A stretch of 64,000 bases of DNA from Eledone cirrhosa (Eukaryota), in the NCBI GenBank assembly GCA_964016885.1, contig OZ024740.1:183954001-184018000 (forward strand), given 5' to 3'. Each line of letters opens with the position of its first letter. The stretch's first letter is position 1. Position numbers and translations under genes: made by a program. The notes under the pieces were generated by a model that worked only from the letters and a program-made list of their open reading frames with translations, had not been told where the DNA came from and made no database searches. This document shows positions 25,304 to 38,867 of this stretch, piece after piece.

Positions 25304-27158
25304 TTACTTACCTTCCGGGCTCTTGTGAAGGTCGGGTTGTTCGACCTCCATAGTTGGTGGGGTTTCTTTTGGGAACCCCTTTAAAAGTCTTGAAATGGGT
25401 TTTACTTTCGAGGTTCCCACGTCCCGAGGAAAGCTGTCTCGTATTTCTTTGAAAATATCGAGCGACATTCGCACCACAGCCAAATCTTCCGGCACGCGAA
25501 ATGTGCTCGATTTAAACATTTTATTTGTTTGCGTGGCTGTGGTGGTGATGGTTTTGGTGGTGTTGTTTCGGTTGTATCTGTGTTTGTTGTGAGTGCGGTG
25601 TCTGTGGTTTCAGACGTTTGTGTGTATATTTGTTCTTGCGTCTGTTCAGGTTGTTTGCGTTTGGGGAATTCTGGTGATGGTGATGATGATGTTGATGTTG
25701 GTGTTATTGGAGATATGTTTGCGTGAGTGGTGTCTGCGTTTTTTATTGTTGGTGATTTTGTGCTTTGTTGAGTTTTTTTTTTCATTTTTGTGCTTCCTTT
25801 CTTGTATTATTTTGGGGGATTTTGATTTTCCCAGATGAGTGATCTGTGTCTGTAAGTGTGTCTGTATGTATATTTGTGGTTTTATTGGTGTGTGTATTTT
25901 GGAGCGGGAGGGGGAATTTGACAGCTTTCCTCGTTTCCCCCCTGGGTGGTCAATATTGGTGGTGGTCTTACTATTGGTGTTTTTGTTGGTGGTTTTGCCG
26001 GTGCTGGTGTTGGTTGTGGTCCTCGCCCCGGCGTCGGCAGCAGTGGAGCCTCTTTCAACAATTGAGGGAAGAAGGCTCGCAAATGAGTTTTTTCCCCACA
26101 AACAAAAGACTGCGGCCTTTTTCCTTCGGCCATAATGTGAATGACCGTCCCATTCTGAAGCGGATGTGGTCCGGGAATGTCTTCACATTCTCGGGCCTGA
26201 TCTGGAGAAGAATCTCCAGGACAACCCCAGACCAGTCCTCTCTGGCCGTTCTGGTCACTACTATAGAGACGGTGTCCGTCACCTCCACAATCACACATCC
26301 CAGACGCCACCACATGTCAAGTCCTGGTGAGATTCTGGGAATGCGGAGACGGGCCGTTCTTTTTCCCATGTGGAACGGGTACATTATGACCTTGCAGGTT
26401 TTGCAAGGAGTCATAGCGTGTTTCATAGCGAGGGCTTCAGACTTGAACAACACCGAAATGGTGCCGTGCTGTCTGCCCTTCTCTATGTATTCGGTGTCTT
26501 GTCTGATGCACCTCAGCGCGACTTCGACATCTTCTTGTGGGATTAAAGCTGCCCTTTTGGTTTGTGCTGAGATGCATCTATAATGCACCGTTCTGCGCTT
26601 CACTGCCTCAATAGCTTCTACCGGGACTGTTAAGTTGGCCCAAGTTTGCTCTTGCTTGATGAGCTTCCATGCCTGGGTCAACTTTTCATCTTTGTTTGAG
26701 AGGTCCATGTTGAAGAATGGCCTCTTTTTTGCTGCTGCCGCAGCGAAAGTGTTCTTCTTGTTTTCGTTGGGGGTGTTGTGGTCGTTGTCGTTGTTCTTGT
26801 TTGTGTTGTTGTTAGCACTGTCGCTGTTATCATTGTTGTCTTTGTTGCCACCTTTGTTCTTGGTGCAGTTGGTATTGTTGCTATTGGTGTTGTCGCTATT
26901 TGTTTTCCTGTTAGTGGTGTTGATATTGTTGTTGTATTTGTTATTTTTTTTTTTGTTATCTGTATTTTTGTTGTCACTGTTACTGTCATGTTTTTCAAAA
27001 TTAGAGTTCTCATTGGTATCATTGGTGTCCTTGTTTCTATTGTTTGTGGTGTTATTTGTTTTATCAAGTTGTGTTAATTTCGCTGTAGCGCTCCTCTCAA
27101 CTTCTACGTCGTTGTCGCACGACAACAGACATATCGCTGGGAGGCGTGGCTCAGCCAT
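25304..27158 (-). pseudogene. Copy E ORF1 (Asn/Thr-rich, degenerate zinc knuckle)
   Basis: ORFs 26055-27227, 25646-26101, 25402-25785 and 25304-25519. FVCGEKTHLRAF parallels CVFCGEGTHLRAFC in copy F. Confidence 0.8.
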
Positions 27159-27365
27159 GTTTTTTTTTTCTTCGTAAATTTTTTTACATGTAAAAAAAAG
27201 TTCAAATATGTGGGCCAAAAGGCCCAAATATTATACTTTCCCCTTCACGGGGCCAAATCTAAGGGTTTATATCCTTTACACAACAAGAAATATTTAACAA
27301 CAAATAATTTTAACAGGCCTATAAAGCGACTTACTGTGATCGAGCAAAATACGTTCGCTTAGACC

Positions 27366-27412
<47 letters not shown>

Positions 27413-27414
<2 letters not shown>

Positions 27415-28120
27415 CCGTGTATGCAAAAAACAACCAGAGACCATTGACCATATAATTTCAATGTGCAGTCCTATAGCTCCAACCGAATACCTAAACAGGC
27501 ATGACAGAGCTGCACAATACATACATTGGATAATGTGTAAGCATTTTGACCTGCCCCATCAAAAGAATTGGTGGAAGCATCAACCACCTCCCATACTTGA
27601 AAAAGATCACATCTCAATCTTGTGGAACTTTAGCATCCAAACAGACCGAAAAATACATGCAAATAGACCTGATATAATATTGAAGGACTTTCAAAGGAGG
27701 GTATGCCTGCTAATTGATATGTCTGTTCCAATAGACAAGAATGTATCTATAAAAACATTTGAAAAATTGAGCAAGTATAAGGACCTGGAGATAGAAATTG
27801 GAAAAATGTGGAAATTGAGAACTAAAACAATACCAGTGGTTGTAGGCGCTCTGGGAATGATACCTAAGGGGTCTAACGACTACTTATCGTAAATCCCAGG
27901 AAACCCGCGTATAGGAGAAATACAAAAGATAGTACTAATGGGAACTGCCCATATACTAAGGAAGATCCTGTCAATATAAGTACATCACAAGTCTAAACAC
28001 TAAGGATGCATGTGTGAATATGTGTGTTCTTTCTTGAACATGGCGGACCTTGTTGTCTCTTGAGGTCACTGGTTGTGACTTGGTGATAACTCGTATAAAC
28101 ATAAAGCAAGATAAATGCAA
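27413..28120 (+). mobile_element. Dong/R4 family R 3' fragment
   Basis: RHDRAAQYIHW, NRPDIILKD..LIDMSVP. Near-identical to 43987-44685; (TAA)n both sides. Confidence 0.92.
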
Positions 28121-28142
28121 ATAATAATAATAATAATAATAA

Positions 28143-28237
28143 TAATTGTTTCTACTTTTGGCACAAGGCCAGCAATTTTCCCAGTGTATTACTGGTACTT
28201 TATTTTATCGACCCCGTCAGGATGAAAGGCAAAGTTA
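28143..28237 (-). mobile_element. SINE 3' part inside (TAA)n
   Basis: Matches 13918-14012. Confidence 0.85.
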
Positions 28238-28253
28238 ATAATAATAATAATAA

Positions 28254-29537
28254 TGAAGGATACATATATTTAGGTGTTCTGGAGGCAGATGATATCAAGA
28301 ACAAAATAATGAAGGAATTGATAAGATCTGAGTACATTAGGAGAGTAAGGAGCGTATTAAATCACATCTAAATAGTAGGAATGTCATAAGTACAGAGAAT
28401 TCCCGAGCTGTGTCTATTATTAGGTACAGTGCGGGAATTCTGAAATGGAATGTTGCTGTACAAAAAGAAATGGATAGGAAGACTAGGAAGCTATTGACAA
28501 CATGTTCCACATTATCCACAACATGTTCCACAAGATGAGTGATGTCGATACACTCAACTTAAAGAGATCTGAAGGTGGAAGAGGTCTTATCAGCAAAGAG
28601 GACTGTGTTCAGATGAAGAACAACACCCTGCACAAATAGGTGACTGACAGTAGGGAGCCAATGCTCAAAATCGTACTGAAGGAGAAGACAATAGACCAGG
28701 GTATGTCCAAGGAGGAAATAACAACAAGGAGGAAGAGCAACGTTCATGAAAAATCCCTTCATAGTACCTTCTTTAAGAAAACTGAATTTAGAGATCCACA
28801 GACTTGGAACTCGTTAAAAAGAGGACACCTTAAAAAGGCTACAGAAGGAATGCTAACTGCCGCGCAAGTGCAGGCTCTCAGAACGAAGTGGGTGAAACAC
28901 CATATTTACAAGGAGGAGGGTAGCCCACTGTGTAGGATATGTGGAGAGAGAGAGGAGACTGTGGTTCACATTGTATCCGAGTGGAAACACCTAGCCCAGA
29001 CTAACTATAAAGGCTGGAGACATGATGTGATGGGCAGGGTGATCCACTGGCACCTATGCAGAAGTGGTATGAGCATAAGCCAGAGTCGGTGATAGAAAAC
29101 AATCAGTTGAAGGTGCAATGGGATTTTAGGATAAATACGGACAAACAATTAGGACACAATAGACCTGACCTGGTGGTTTTTGATAAGGAAAACATATCGT
29201 GCCTGATTGTGGATGTGGCCTGTCCATTCGACACGAGAGTGCAAGAAAAGTAGAGGGAGAAAATTAACCGATACCAGGACTTAAAGGATGTAGAACTGTC
29301 ATGAAGTGAAGTACGTCCTGATTGTCATAGGCGCATTAGGTACTATCTCAAAAGGTTTCCAAGGATGGTTACAGAACTTAGTCCAGCCCCGCTTTTTGGA
29401 ACACTTCAAAAGGCATGCTTGCTGGGAACAACAGAAACCCTCTAATACGACCTGAATATCTGAGGCTGCAGGTAGCGGCTTGATATTCATTTCAACAAAC
29501 ATTCCAGTTAAATAACATCAATGATTGAGACTCAAAG
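28254..29537 (+). mobile_element. Dong/R4 family Q 3' fragment
   Basis: CRICGEREETVVHIVSE, NRPDLVV..IVDVACPFD. Homologous to 37210-38517. Confidence 0.92.
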
Positions 29538-29575
29538 AATAATAATAATAATAATAATAATAATATTAATAATAA

Positions 29576-32500
29576 TGCTTTCTTTATTAACCACAAGGGT
29601 CTACATAAAGTAGACATTAAGGAGAGTACAGGACAATACAGGGCGGTACAAATGGGCATTTCTGCGTGTAAAAAACTAGAAACAGAGGATGTAATAATAG
29701 AACAATGAAAACATTCCCCAATAGGGGGGAGACTTCCGAGGGACATTCGTGGAGAAAGCCCATTAAAAAGTCACTGTGACCCTGACCACCAGGGCAAGTG
29801 CTCTCTTCCAGTTTTCCACCTTTAATTTACAGACACATACTCAGAGTAGGCCCATTCACTCGGGCCGTTCTTCCTCTCTCACCCATCTTTCAACAAAATT
29901 CTGGGAAGATAGCACTTCCCTTTCTAACCTGATTTTCCTTTTCAAATGAAATTTGAAAAAGTTAATCAGGGCATCACCGAAGAGGTAAGTGCTCGTCTTC
30001 AACCCTTTCAAACGTGTTCACCATACTATCTCTTTCGCCATGGCCACCAGACAGATAAAAACTGCCTGCCCTTCCCGGCTAAAGGAAGAGGGCGGGGCAA
30101 TCCTCAAGATGGACTCAGCTGATAGCCGGATCCGTCCTAGACGCGACAGCAGGTGTTCGACATAAACCCACAAGTCAGCAATGCTCGGACACTGGACGAG
30201 TGCGTGCAGGACGGTTTCGTCGCCCTCTGCGCATCTCGGACATGCCCGGCTGACGGCACTTCCATGCCTGTAGAGTTTATCCCTCGTAACACTGCAAGGC
30301 CAAGGATTTCTGGAAGTTGTCCATAGGCCCCGGCACGAAAGTTCTTCCGAAGAGATTGGCTAGTTCATTTTCGTCGACGCCTAGAGTTTCCCCAAGTACG
30401 TCGTCGCTCTTCCCCTCCACTAATCCTCTATAGAACGCCAAGGTGGAGTTTCCACCCATCATATTGCCCGATTGGTCGAGGGCTGTGAGCGCCTGAAGGC
30501 ATTTCAGTCTCCAACGGCTCTCTCTCGGTCTTCGCTTGACCCAGGACTGCAGCTCCGTCAAGCAGACGAGCTGGGGAAATACGCGTCTAGTATACGTAGA
30601 CCACACCTGATCTCCGTCGAGGAAGAGGTGGAGATGTCGTAGCCTGAGCGCGTGTCTGCGCATCATCAGCCACGGCATTCCCAGCCCTCCACTAAGCGGG
30701 TGTTGACAGCAGATGGACCGCCTGACCATCGGAACGCGTCCTTTCCACAAAAAGCGAAAGAGCAAACTCTCCAGCGCAGTCAGACGTGGCTTAGGACAAG
30801 GTACGACGGTCAGGCGGTAGTAGATGACGGACGCGATATACGCGTTAGCCACCTACGCTCGACCTTTCAGGTATAGCTTCCTCTCGGCCCATTTCTGGGT
30901 GAGAGAAGCCACCCTGCTCGTCACCTCGTCCCAGTTTTTGTCCGTCTGGAGATCCGGACCGAACCAGACTCCGACCAGTTTAACTGGTCCGTCCGTCCAG
31001 CGCCCGACGACGTTGTTGGACGGCATGGACCTGCCTCTCCAGGTGCTGAGCTGCAGGCCCACTGACTTTTCCTGGTTGATCATTGCTCCTGTCACCGCTT
31101 CGTATTTCCTTAGTGTAGTGCTGATCGCCTCGATGTGTTTGGCGTTCGACACCACTACGGTAACATCGTCCGCATATGCTGACACGGATCTTCCGCATCC
31201 TAGTTCGTGTGGTACCCCCTTCAACGTCTCCAGTGTGTGCAGTAATGGCTCGAGAGTCAATACGTACAAGAGGGACGAGAGGGGACATCCTTGGCGGACC
31301 GAGCACATGATGTTGAATGGTTCCCTCTCACCACAGAGCAGATGTCGCTTTGCATGGCAGCGATCCAGCCTCTGAAGACGGATCCAAAGCCAGCCGCCCT
31401 CAGGACTGCCGCTAGGTAACGATGGTCGACCCTATCGAAAGCTTTCGACTGATCTAAATTGATCAAGGACCCACCCGTGCCAGGTTCCCTAGCTACCATC
31501 TCTACGATGTATCGCATGAGGTGGAGGTTGTAGTGGATGGATCTATCTGGAATGGCGCATGTGACGTCTAGCACCACCAACATACCTTCTGGGTCCAGGA
31601 AGATGGCCCGTATGGCGAGATCCAAACCTCTCCGAAAAAGCACAGCAACAACTCCCCCTCCCCGATCCCGGACGGCTGGGAGATGCGTATACATCGTAGC
31701 CGCCGATGATCGGTTCGAAGTCCCGTACTTCGGAGATTCTGGTCTCGCTGATGGCCACTACATTTATGTTTAGTGACCTGAGGTCGTTGAGCAGGTGGCC
31801 CTGCTTGCATGGCGACCCCAAGCCACGCGCATTTATGCTGCCTATTCTGAGAGAGGTCATGTTGAAATGGAGTGGAAAAGATGCGAAAGACCACTTACCT
31901 TACTTCTCGTAGAGGAAGGAAGGTTTGTCCATCCTTTTCACTGCTTGTGGCCTCCTCCGGAAGGATGTCCTTATAAATCCTCCTGGAGATTGTTTGTCGG
32001 AAGTTTCCGATGTCTTCGGTGAATGTTTGTTTTAGTGTCGTGTACGTTTTCTGTGTGATGCCAGTGATTTGTATGTGTGGAGGTGGTGTGAACTTTTGGG
32101 TTGTTGTGTAGTCTTTTTCTGTGATGCTGGTGTTGTGTTGCATGTAGTGTAATAATTGGTTGTTGTGTAAATTTAATGCTGTGTATTGTGTATAGTGTTG
32201 GCTGTTTTGTTTTGTTTGCGTTTGTTGTGGGTTTGTTTCTGTTACGCTTTTTGGTGACTTTTGTGGTGTTGTTGTTGGTGGTATTGGGGTTAATGATGGT
32301 GATGGTGTTGGTGTTTGTGGTGATGGGGTTGGGGATGCTGGTGTGTATGGTAGCATATCTGTCCTAACTTTTTTGTTTGTTAATTTATTTGTTTCCCTCT
32401 GTATTTTGTTTTTGGAGGGGGAAGGAAGACACTTTTTTCTTTTTTGGTTTCTTTATTTTTTTCCTGATACCGTTTCCCACTCCTCGTCGTCACAATCTGT

Positions 32501-34072
32501 CTCCAGTTGCGATAAACCGGGGAGTGGAAATTGCTCCACAGGCGTTGGTTTTGGTTGTGGCGTGGTGGATGGTGTAGGCGCTGCTGCTAGTTCTGGCGCG
32601 TTGGGTAGTGGTGGTGTTGGTTTTGCTACTGTTGCTGGGGTTGTTGCTGTTACAGTTGCTTCTGTTGTTGCTGCTACAGTTGTTGCTGCCATATATGCTG
32701 CTGGTGGTGTTGATGGTTGAGTCACTGGGGTGGGTAAGAGAGGTGGCCTTAACCTTTTAGCCTGAGGGCAGAAAGCCCTTAGGTGGGTTCCTTCACCACA
32801 AAAGACACACCTAGGTCTACTGCCCTCGACGATTACGGTGAGGTGGCTGCCGTCAATGAGGTCTATTACCTCTGGGATCTCCTCAATTATTTTATGGTCC
32901 GCTTGGATCAGGAGCTCCATCCCAGATCCGGAGCAGTTCTCCTGCTTTTCTTTTGCTATTTATATTATTTTGGTGTTGGCCTCGATGCCGGCGAGGACGG
33001 CTGCCATTAGCCAGGGAATTTCGATTGCCGGTGGAACGTAGGTCACCCTGATCTTCACAAGTCTCTGGCCACAATAGCTTGGGACGAGTGTGAAGTCGTC
33101 ACTTCTTAATGGGGTCATGGAGTGTTCTCTGGCCTCCTGTGGTGTTTCAAAGAACACGTCCACGGTTCCATACTTCTGCCCACGTCCGATGTGGATTTTT
33201 TTTGCCCACAAATGTCCCAAAGCTTTTGGGATTTGAGATTCGGATGCCCGTTCCACTCGGCGCGATTTTATGTTAATTGTCCGATAAGACACGATGCATA
33301 GGCGACGTTGCTCCATTTTATTAGGTTTGGCGGGGGTGGGTGGGGGGTGAGGCTAACCCTGTACACATCTTTCTTTACCATTCCTTTGGCTTCTTCTAAT
33401 TCCTCCTGAGTTACCTGGATCGCTTCGCACGTTTCTGCTACTCTGGCAAACCTGAGGGTAGTTTTCTTAATTTCATTGTTGCTCTTGTTGTTATCGTTAT
33501 TTTTGCTATTGTTAATTTTAATTTTAGTTATGGTGGTGGTGGCGTCAGTGGTGTTCGGTGTGGAAGAGTTCATTTTGGTTGAATTCATTTCGATATCACG
33601 AGTTAATTTCTTTTTTCTTTTGTTTCTGTTGACGCTGTGGTGGTGGTGGGTATGGGGGTTGTCGCGGTGGTGGTGGTGGTGGTGGCGGCTTTAACACCTG
33701 CAGTCATTGGTAATGGCGGGAAATGAACGTCTGCCTGAGACAAATTTAAAATATTGGTAATGCTTACATTTCCAGTGTTGGCAAACGTAGCAATATTTAC
33801 AATGGTGGTGTCGGTGTGAGGTGTTAAAGTGTGAGGAAGGAGTGACTCTGAGACATCCATGATTTTTCAAAGAAAATTTTTATTTGATAATTATAAAAAG
33901 TTTAAATTTTGGGCTCAAGGCCCCAATATTTTTGAGTGTCCTTTTCAGAAATCAATGTATGTGCACTTATATACAGTTAACAATAAAACATTTCCATAAA
34001 TGGCAATTTTAAACAACTGAAAATAACAAACCTTTGCGGAGCACACGATGATACGATTTATACGTAGGTCGC
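29576..34072 (-). mobile_element. Tx1-type LINE copy F: both ends present, large internal ORF2 deletion
   Basis: ORF1 from 33860 to 31895 with CCHC knuckle CVFCGEGTHLRAFC. ORF2 starts MTSLRIGSINARGL at 31860. APE joins RT directly at ~31562 (LVVLDV|TCAIPD). (TAA)n both sides. Confidence 0.92.
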
Positions 34073-34073
34073 C

Positions 34074-34125
<52 letters not shown>
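34073..34125. repeat. (TAA)n between head-to-head Tx1 and Dong elements
   Basis: Direct inspection. Confidence 0.97.
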
Positions 34126-34129
<4 letters not shown>

Positions 34130-37100
34130 TAAGGGAAGAAAACGCACATGGTGGATATATATCGTTATGGAATCGCTCCCGTAAGTTTTTGATTTTTACT
34201 TCTTTAAAACAACTGTGATAGAATAATTCTTATTACAAATGAACAATAAGATTACAGTTTTCACGTTCAGCAAGCCATAACGCATCACTTTACGGCATAG
34301 GGCCCCAATATTTAATATTTAATTTTGGATCAGAAATGTTATAGTCGAATAGGAGGAAAATGGCAAAATGGCTAAATAGCTAAATAGCTAAATGGCTAAG
34401 TGGACAGACAGACAAATAATTTAACCACCAACACCACCACCACTACCACGCTAAAAACTCTAGTCAAGTTACCTCAACTTCTATTTCTACTTCAACTTCA
34501 ACACCATCACTACAGTACTACGATCATATCACCACCACCACTGCCTCATTATCGCTACCCTCGCTATTCTCTCCCACTACCTCCTGCTAAGTACTACTAG
34601 CACAGCACCACCACCACCACCACCACTGCCTCATTATCACTACCGCCGTTATTCTCTCCCACTACTTCCTGCTAAGACATTCATCTCAGTGTCCCCCACT
34701 AAAAGAGGAAGGCATCAAAATATATATATAGACTGATTTGATGACCTGGTCAAACAATAAAAAAACCAAAAATCAAAATCAAAGCAGCACAGCAACAATG
34801 AAAAACGTAAAAAAAGGAAAATGAAAAGAAAAACAAACAGACAGACAAAGAAGGGAAGGGAAAAACTAAGTCAGACATTCAAACATTACATTACAATGAA
34901 ACTTATGCTTATTCTTTTTTTTTTTTGCCTATTTGTTTGTTTGTTTATTTATGTTCGTCTACAGCGTTATAGTGCCACACAAAAATCACCGGGAGTGATG
35001 AAATCACCGGTGGTTATGTAACCATACATTCACCAATCCTCGATAACAGTGTTTAAATGTCGAACCTAAACAGTTCGAATAAGGGTGTAGTGGAGACTAG
35101 AATGTCATGTGACAGACTCTCACCCAGCAGGTGCTCCCTGGCTAAGCAGCAGGGACCTGGCTGTCAACCAAATACTGCTGGTGTCGGAGGAAGAAGAAGA
35201 AGGAAAGAGACCAGAACCAACTGGACGAAAGAATTGAATAGAACTGTTATGCAATGTTACCTGAAGAGTAACCCCAAGGAGAAAGGCTATAGGAAACGGA
35301 TGCATAACATCTGGAACGAGATTGGTCTATTTAAATTAGATGAACAAAAATTGGCCGGGCAGGCTCGGGTAATAAGAAATAATGGGTGGATAAGCGAGCT
35401 AGAACTGGAGGAAATGAGCAGAGAGATTAGGTTGGAAATGGAGAGTGGAGTATGCCAGGCAAACGAGCCAGTGAGAAATGAAGGTGAAGAGGTTGAGAGA
35501 ACGGAGGAACCATCTCAAGCAGACAATGATCTGAATGCTGAAATAAATAATACCTTGAACAAAGATACGGCCATTGAGGAGATGAATGCTGACAGGCTAG
35601 GACAATATTTGGTTGATATCCTAAACTTAGTGGTAGATAAATTCAACAATGATAGTGGGAAACGTATCAACCTAAGATTTGTAGACAGGAAAAAGTTAAA
35701 AGAAACAACTTGAGGCGAGGAGCCTTCACCAGTGCAACAATATCCTCAACAGCAAATGCGGTGAGGAAATTACTTGGTATAAAAGCGAGAGGAAACAACA
35801 AACAAGAAAGATCAGAGTCTTTGTGGAAGAAACGACTGAATGGTCAAATCAGGGAAATGAGAGATGACATTGGAAAGCTTGAGTCCCTACTGAATCGGAG
35901 ACTAAAAAACATAGACATTAAAAATAGACTGAACATAAAGTACAAATCTAAGAGGAAAAAGCTAAATATTATTATAGAGGAACTGAAGGAACGCATTGTA
36001 GCAAAGAATGCAAAAATTAGGCGATACGAGAGCAGAGTCAGTCAGTATAGACAGAACCGCATGTTTGACAACAACCAGAAGATACTGTTTGGACAGCTTG
36101 AAGAGAAAGAAAGAGGCACGACTTGATCCTTGAGGCGGAACAAACGGAAAAATCCTGGAGAGGAATATGGGAGCAGGATGTTAAACATAATGACCAGGTA
36201 GTGTGGATTGAGACAGTAAAAAAGGAGATTAGTGAACAGGCACACCAACAAACTGATTTGAGTATGACAGATTAAACTCTTAAGGGGCAAACTAAAAAAC
36301 TAACCAACTGGAAATCACCAGGCCCAGATGGTGTGCAGGGGTATTGGATTAAAAATATAACATCCCTCCACCCGAAACTGACAACCATGTTCAATGACTG
36401 CTTGATGTCAGGTGAGGTACCAGAGTGTTTGACAAAAAGTACCGCAGTTCTGGTAATGAAAGACCGAACCAAGGGTAATGATGTTACCAACTATAGACCT
36501 ATCACATGTCTGTCCGTAATGTGGAAACTGTTAACCAGCATTATGTCTGAGGAAATCTACCATCACCTCCACATGAACAACTTGTTACCGGACGAACAGA
36601 AAAGATGCCGAAAGAAGTCCCGTGGTACAAAGGACCAGTTACTTATTGATAAGATGGTAATGAGGAAGTGCAGGAGGAGACACACTGGTCTTGCCATGGG
36701 ATGGATAGACTGCAAAAAGGCATTTGACATGGTGCCTCATTCTTGGATCACCAAAAGCCTAGAGATCTTCAAGGTGGCAGATAACATCAGACAGTTGTTG
36801 GGCAAAAGTATGAAGTCCTGGAAAACAGAGTTAACATCAGCTGGAGAATCCTTCGGAGGCGTGAAGATCAAGAGAGGTATCTTCCAGGGTGATAGTCTGT
36901 CTCCTCTGTTGTTTGTCCTTGCCCTGATGCCCCTGACCATTATACTGCGAAAAGTGAGAGCAGGATACAAGTTGGGAAAGGGACAGCTTACCATCAATCA
37001 CCTCATCTTCATGGACGATCTTAAGCTCTTCGGGAAGAGTGAGGAGTTGGATGTGCTTGTTGACACTGTCCGTATTTTCAGCAATGATATATGTATGCAA

Positions 37101-38517
37101 TTTGGTATTAGTAAGTGTGGAGTTCTTGTGATGTAGAGGGGTGAATTGAGCAGAAGCAACGGAATCCAGGTACCAACAGGTGAGATGATAAATGAAATTG
37201 ACACTGAAAAAGGATACAAGTATTTGGGTGTTCTGGAAGCTGATGACATCAAGAACAAAAAAATGAAGGAATTGATAAGATCTGAATACATTCGGAGAGT
37301 AAGGAGCGTATTAAAGTCACATCTGAACAGTAGGAATGCCATAAGTGCAGTAAATTTCCGAGCTGTGTCTATTATTAGGTACAGTACGGGAATTCTGAGA
37401 TGGAATGTAGCTGAACAAAAAGAAATGGATAGGAAGACTAGGAAGCTATTGACTATCTACAACATGTTCCACAAGAGGAGTGATGTCGATAGACTCTACT
37501 TAAGGAGATCTGAAGGTGGAAGAGGTATTATCAGCATAGAGGACTGTGTTCAGATGGAGAAAAGCAACCTACACAAATACGTGACTGATAGTAAGGAGCC
37601 AATGCTCAGAACTGTACTGAAGGAGAGGACAATAGACCAGGGGATGTCCAAGGAGGAAATAACAAAAAGGAGAAAGAGCAGCCTTCATGAAAAATCCCTT
37701 CATAGTACCTTCTTTGAGAAAACTGAATTCAGAGATCCACAGACATGGAACTGGTTGAAAAGAGGAGACCTTAAAAAGGCTACAGAAGGAATGTTAATGG
37801 CTGCGCAAGAGCAGGCCCTCAAATCGAAGTTGTTGAAACACAATATTTATACGGAGGAGGCTAGCCCACTGTGCAGGATCTGTGGAGAGAGAGAGGAGAC
37901 TGTGGCCCTCATTGTATTCCAGTGTAAACACCTAGCCCATACTCACTATAAGGGCTGGAGACATGATGTGATGGGCAGGGTGATCTGGCACCTATGCAAA
38001 GTAAACAATTTACCACATTCTGAGAAGTGGTATGAGCATAAGCCAGAATCGGTGATAGAAAACGATCAGGTGAAGGTGCTGTGGGATTTTAGGATACAGA
38101 CGGACAAGAAACTGGAACACAATAGACCTGATCTGGTGGTTTTGGACAAAGTAAAAAGATCGTGCCTGATTGTGGATGTGGCGTGCCCATTCGACATGAG
38201 AGTGCAAGAGAAGGAGAGGGAGAAAATTAACCGATACCAGGACGTAAAGTGGGAGGTAAAAAGGATTTGGAACTGCCATGAATTCAAAGTGGTCCCGATT
38301 GTCATAGGCGCACTAGGTACTATCTCAAAAAGTTTCCAGGGATGGTTAAAGAAAATTGGCCCCGCCACGCTTTTTAGAACGCTTCAAAAGGCATGCTTGC
38401 TGGCAACAGCAAGAACCCTCCGATACGTCCTGAATATCTGAGGCTGCAGGTAGTGGCTTGTTATACATTTCAACAAACTTTCCAGTTAACTAACATCAAT
38501 GACTGAGACTCAAAGAA
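34126..38517 (+). mobile_element. Full-length Dong/R4-type RLE retrotransposon, family Q (inactivated)
   Basis: ~930-bp leader. Broken ORF 35057-38441 has NWTKELNRTVMQCY, YRPITCL, KAFDMVPH, GIFQGDSLSP, FMDDLKL, CRICG and RPD..D. Short 3' UTR, then (TAA)n. Confidence 0.92.
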
Positions 38518-38533
38518 CAATAACAATAATAAC

Positions 38534-38597
<64 letters not shown>

Positions 38598-38836
38598 GAA
38601 GTCAAAGTGATCCCGATTGTCATAGGCGCACTGGGGACTATCTCCAAAAGTTTCCAGGGATGGTTAAAGAAAATCGGCCCCTTCACGCTTTTTGGAACAC
38701 TTCAAAAGGCATGCTTGCTTGGAACAGCAAGAACCCTCCGATACGTCCTGAATATCTGAGGCTGCAGGTAGTGGCTTGATATTCATTCCAACGGACTTTC
38801 CAGTTAACCAACATCAATGACTGAGATTCAAGGAAT
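38598..38836 (+). mobile_element. Dong family Q extreme 3' fragment
   Basis: Near-identical to 38280-38517. Confidence 0.92.
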
Positions 38837-38867
38837 AACAATAACAATAATAATAATAATAATAATA

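Larger units (their letters stand above)
21633..27365 (-). mobile_element. Full-length, inactivated L1/Tx1-type LINE (copy E)
   Basis: 5' UTR, ORF1, ORF2 (APE and RT) and a 3' UTR with AATAAA are all present; (TAA)n on both sides. Confidence 0.93.

Noticed and set aside
21948-33694. Many plus-strand ORFs, including hydrophobic V/L-rich ones
   Set aside because: Antisense shadows of Tx1 ORF1/ORF2 and their Asn/Thr-rich tracts.
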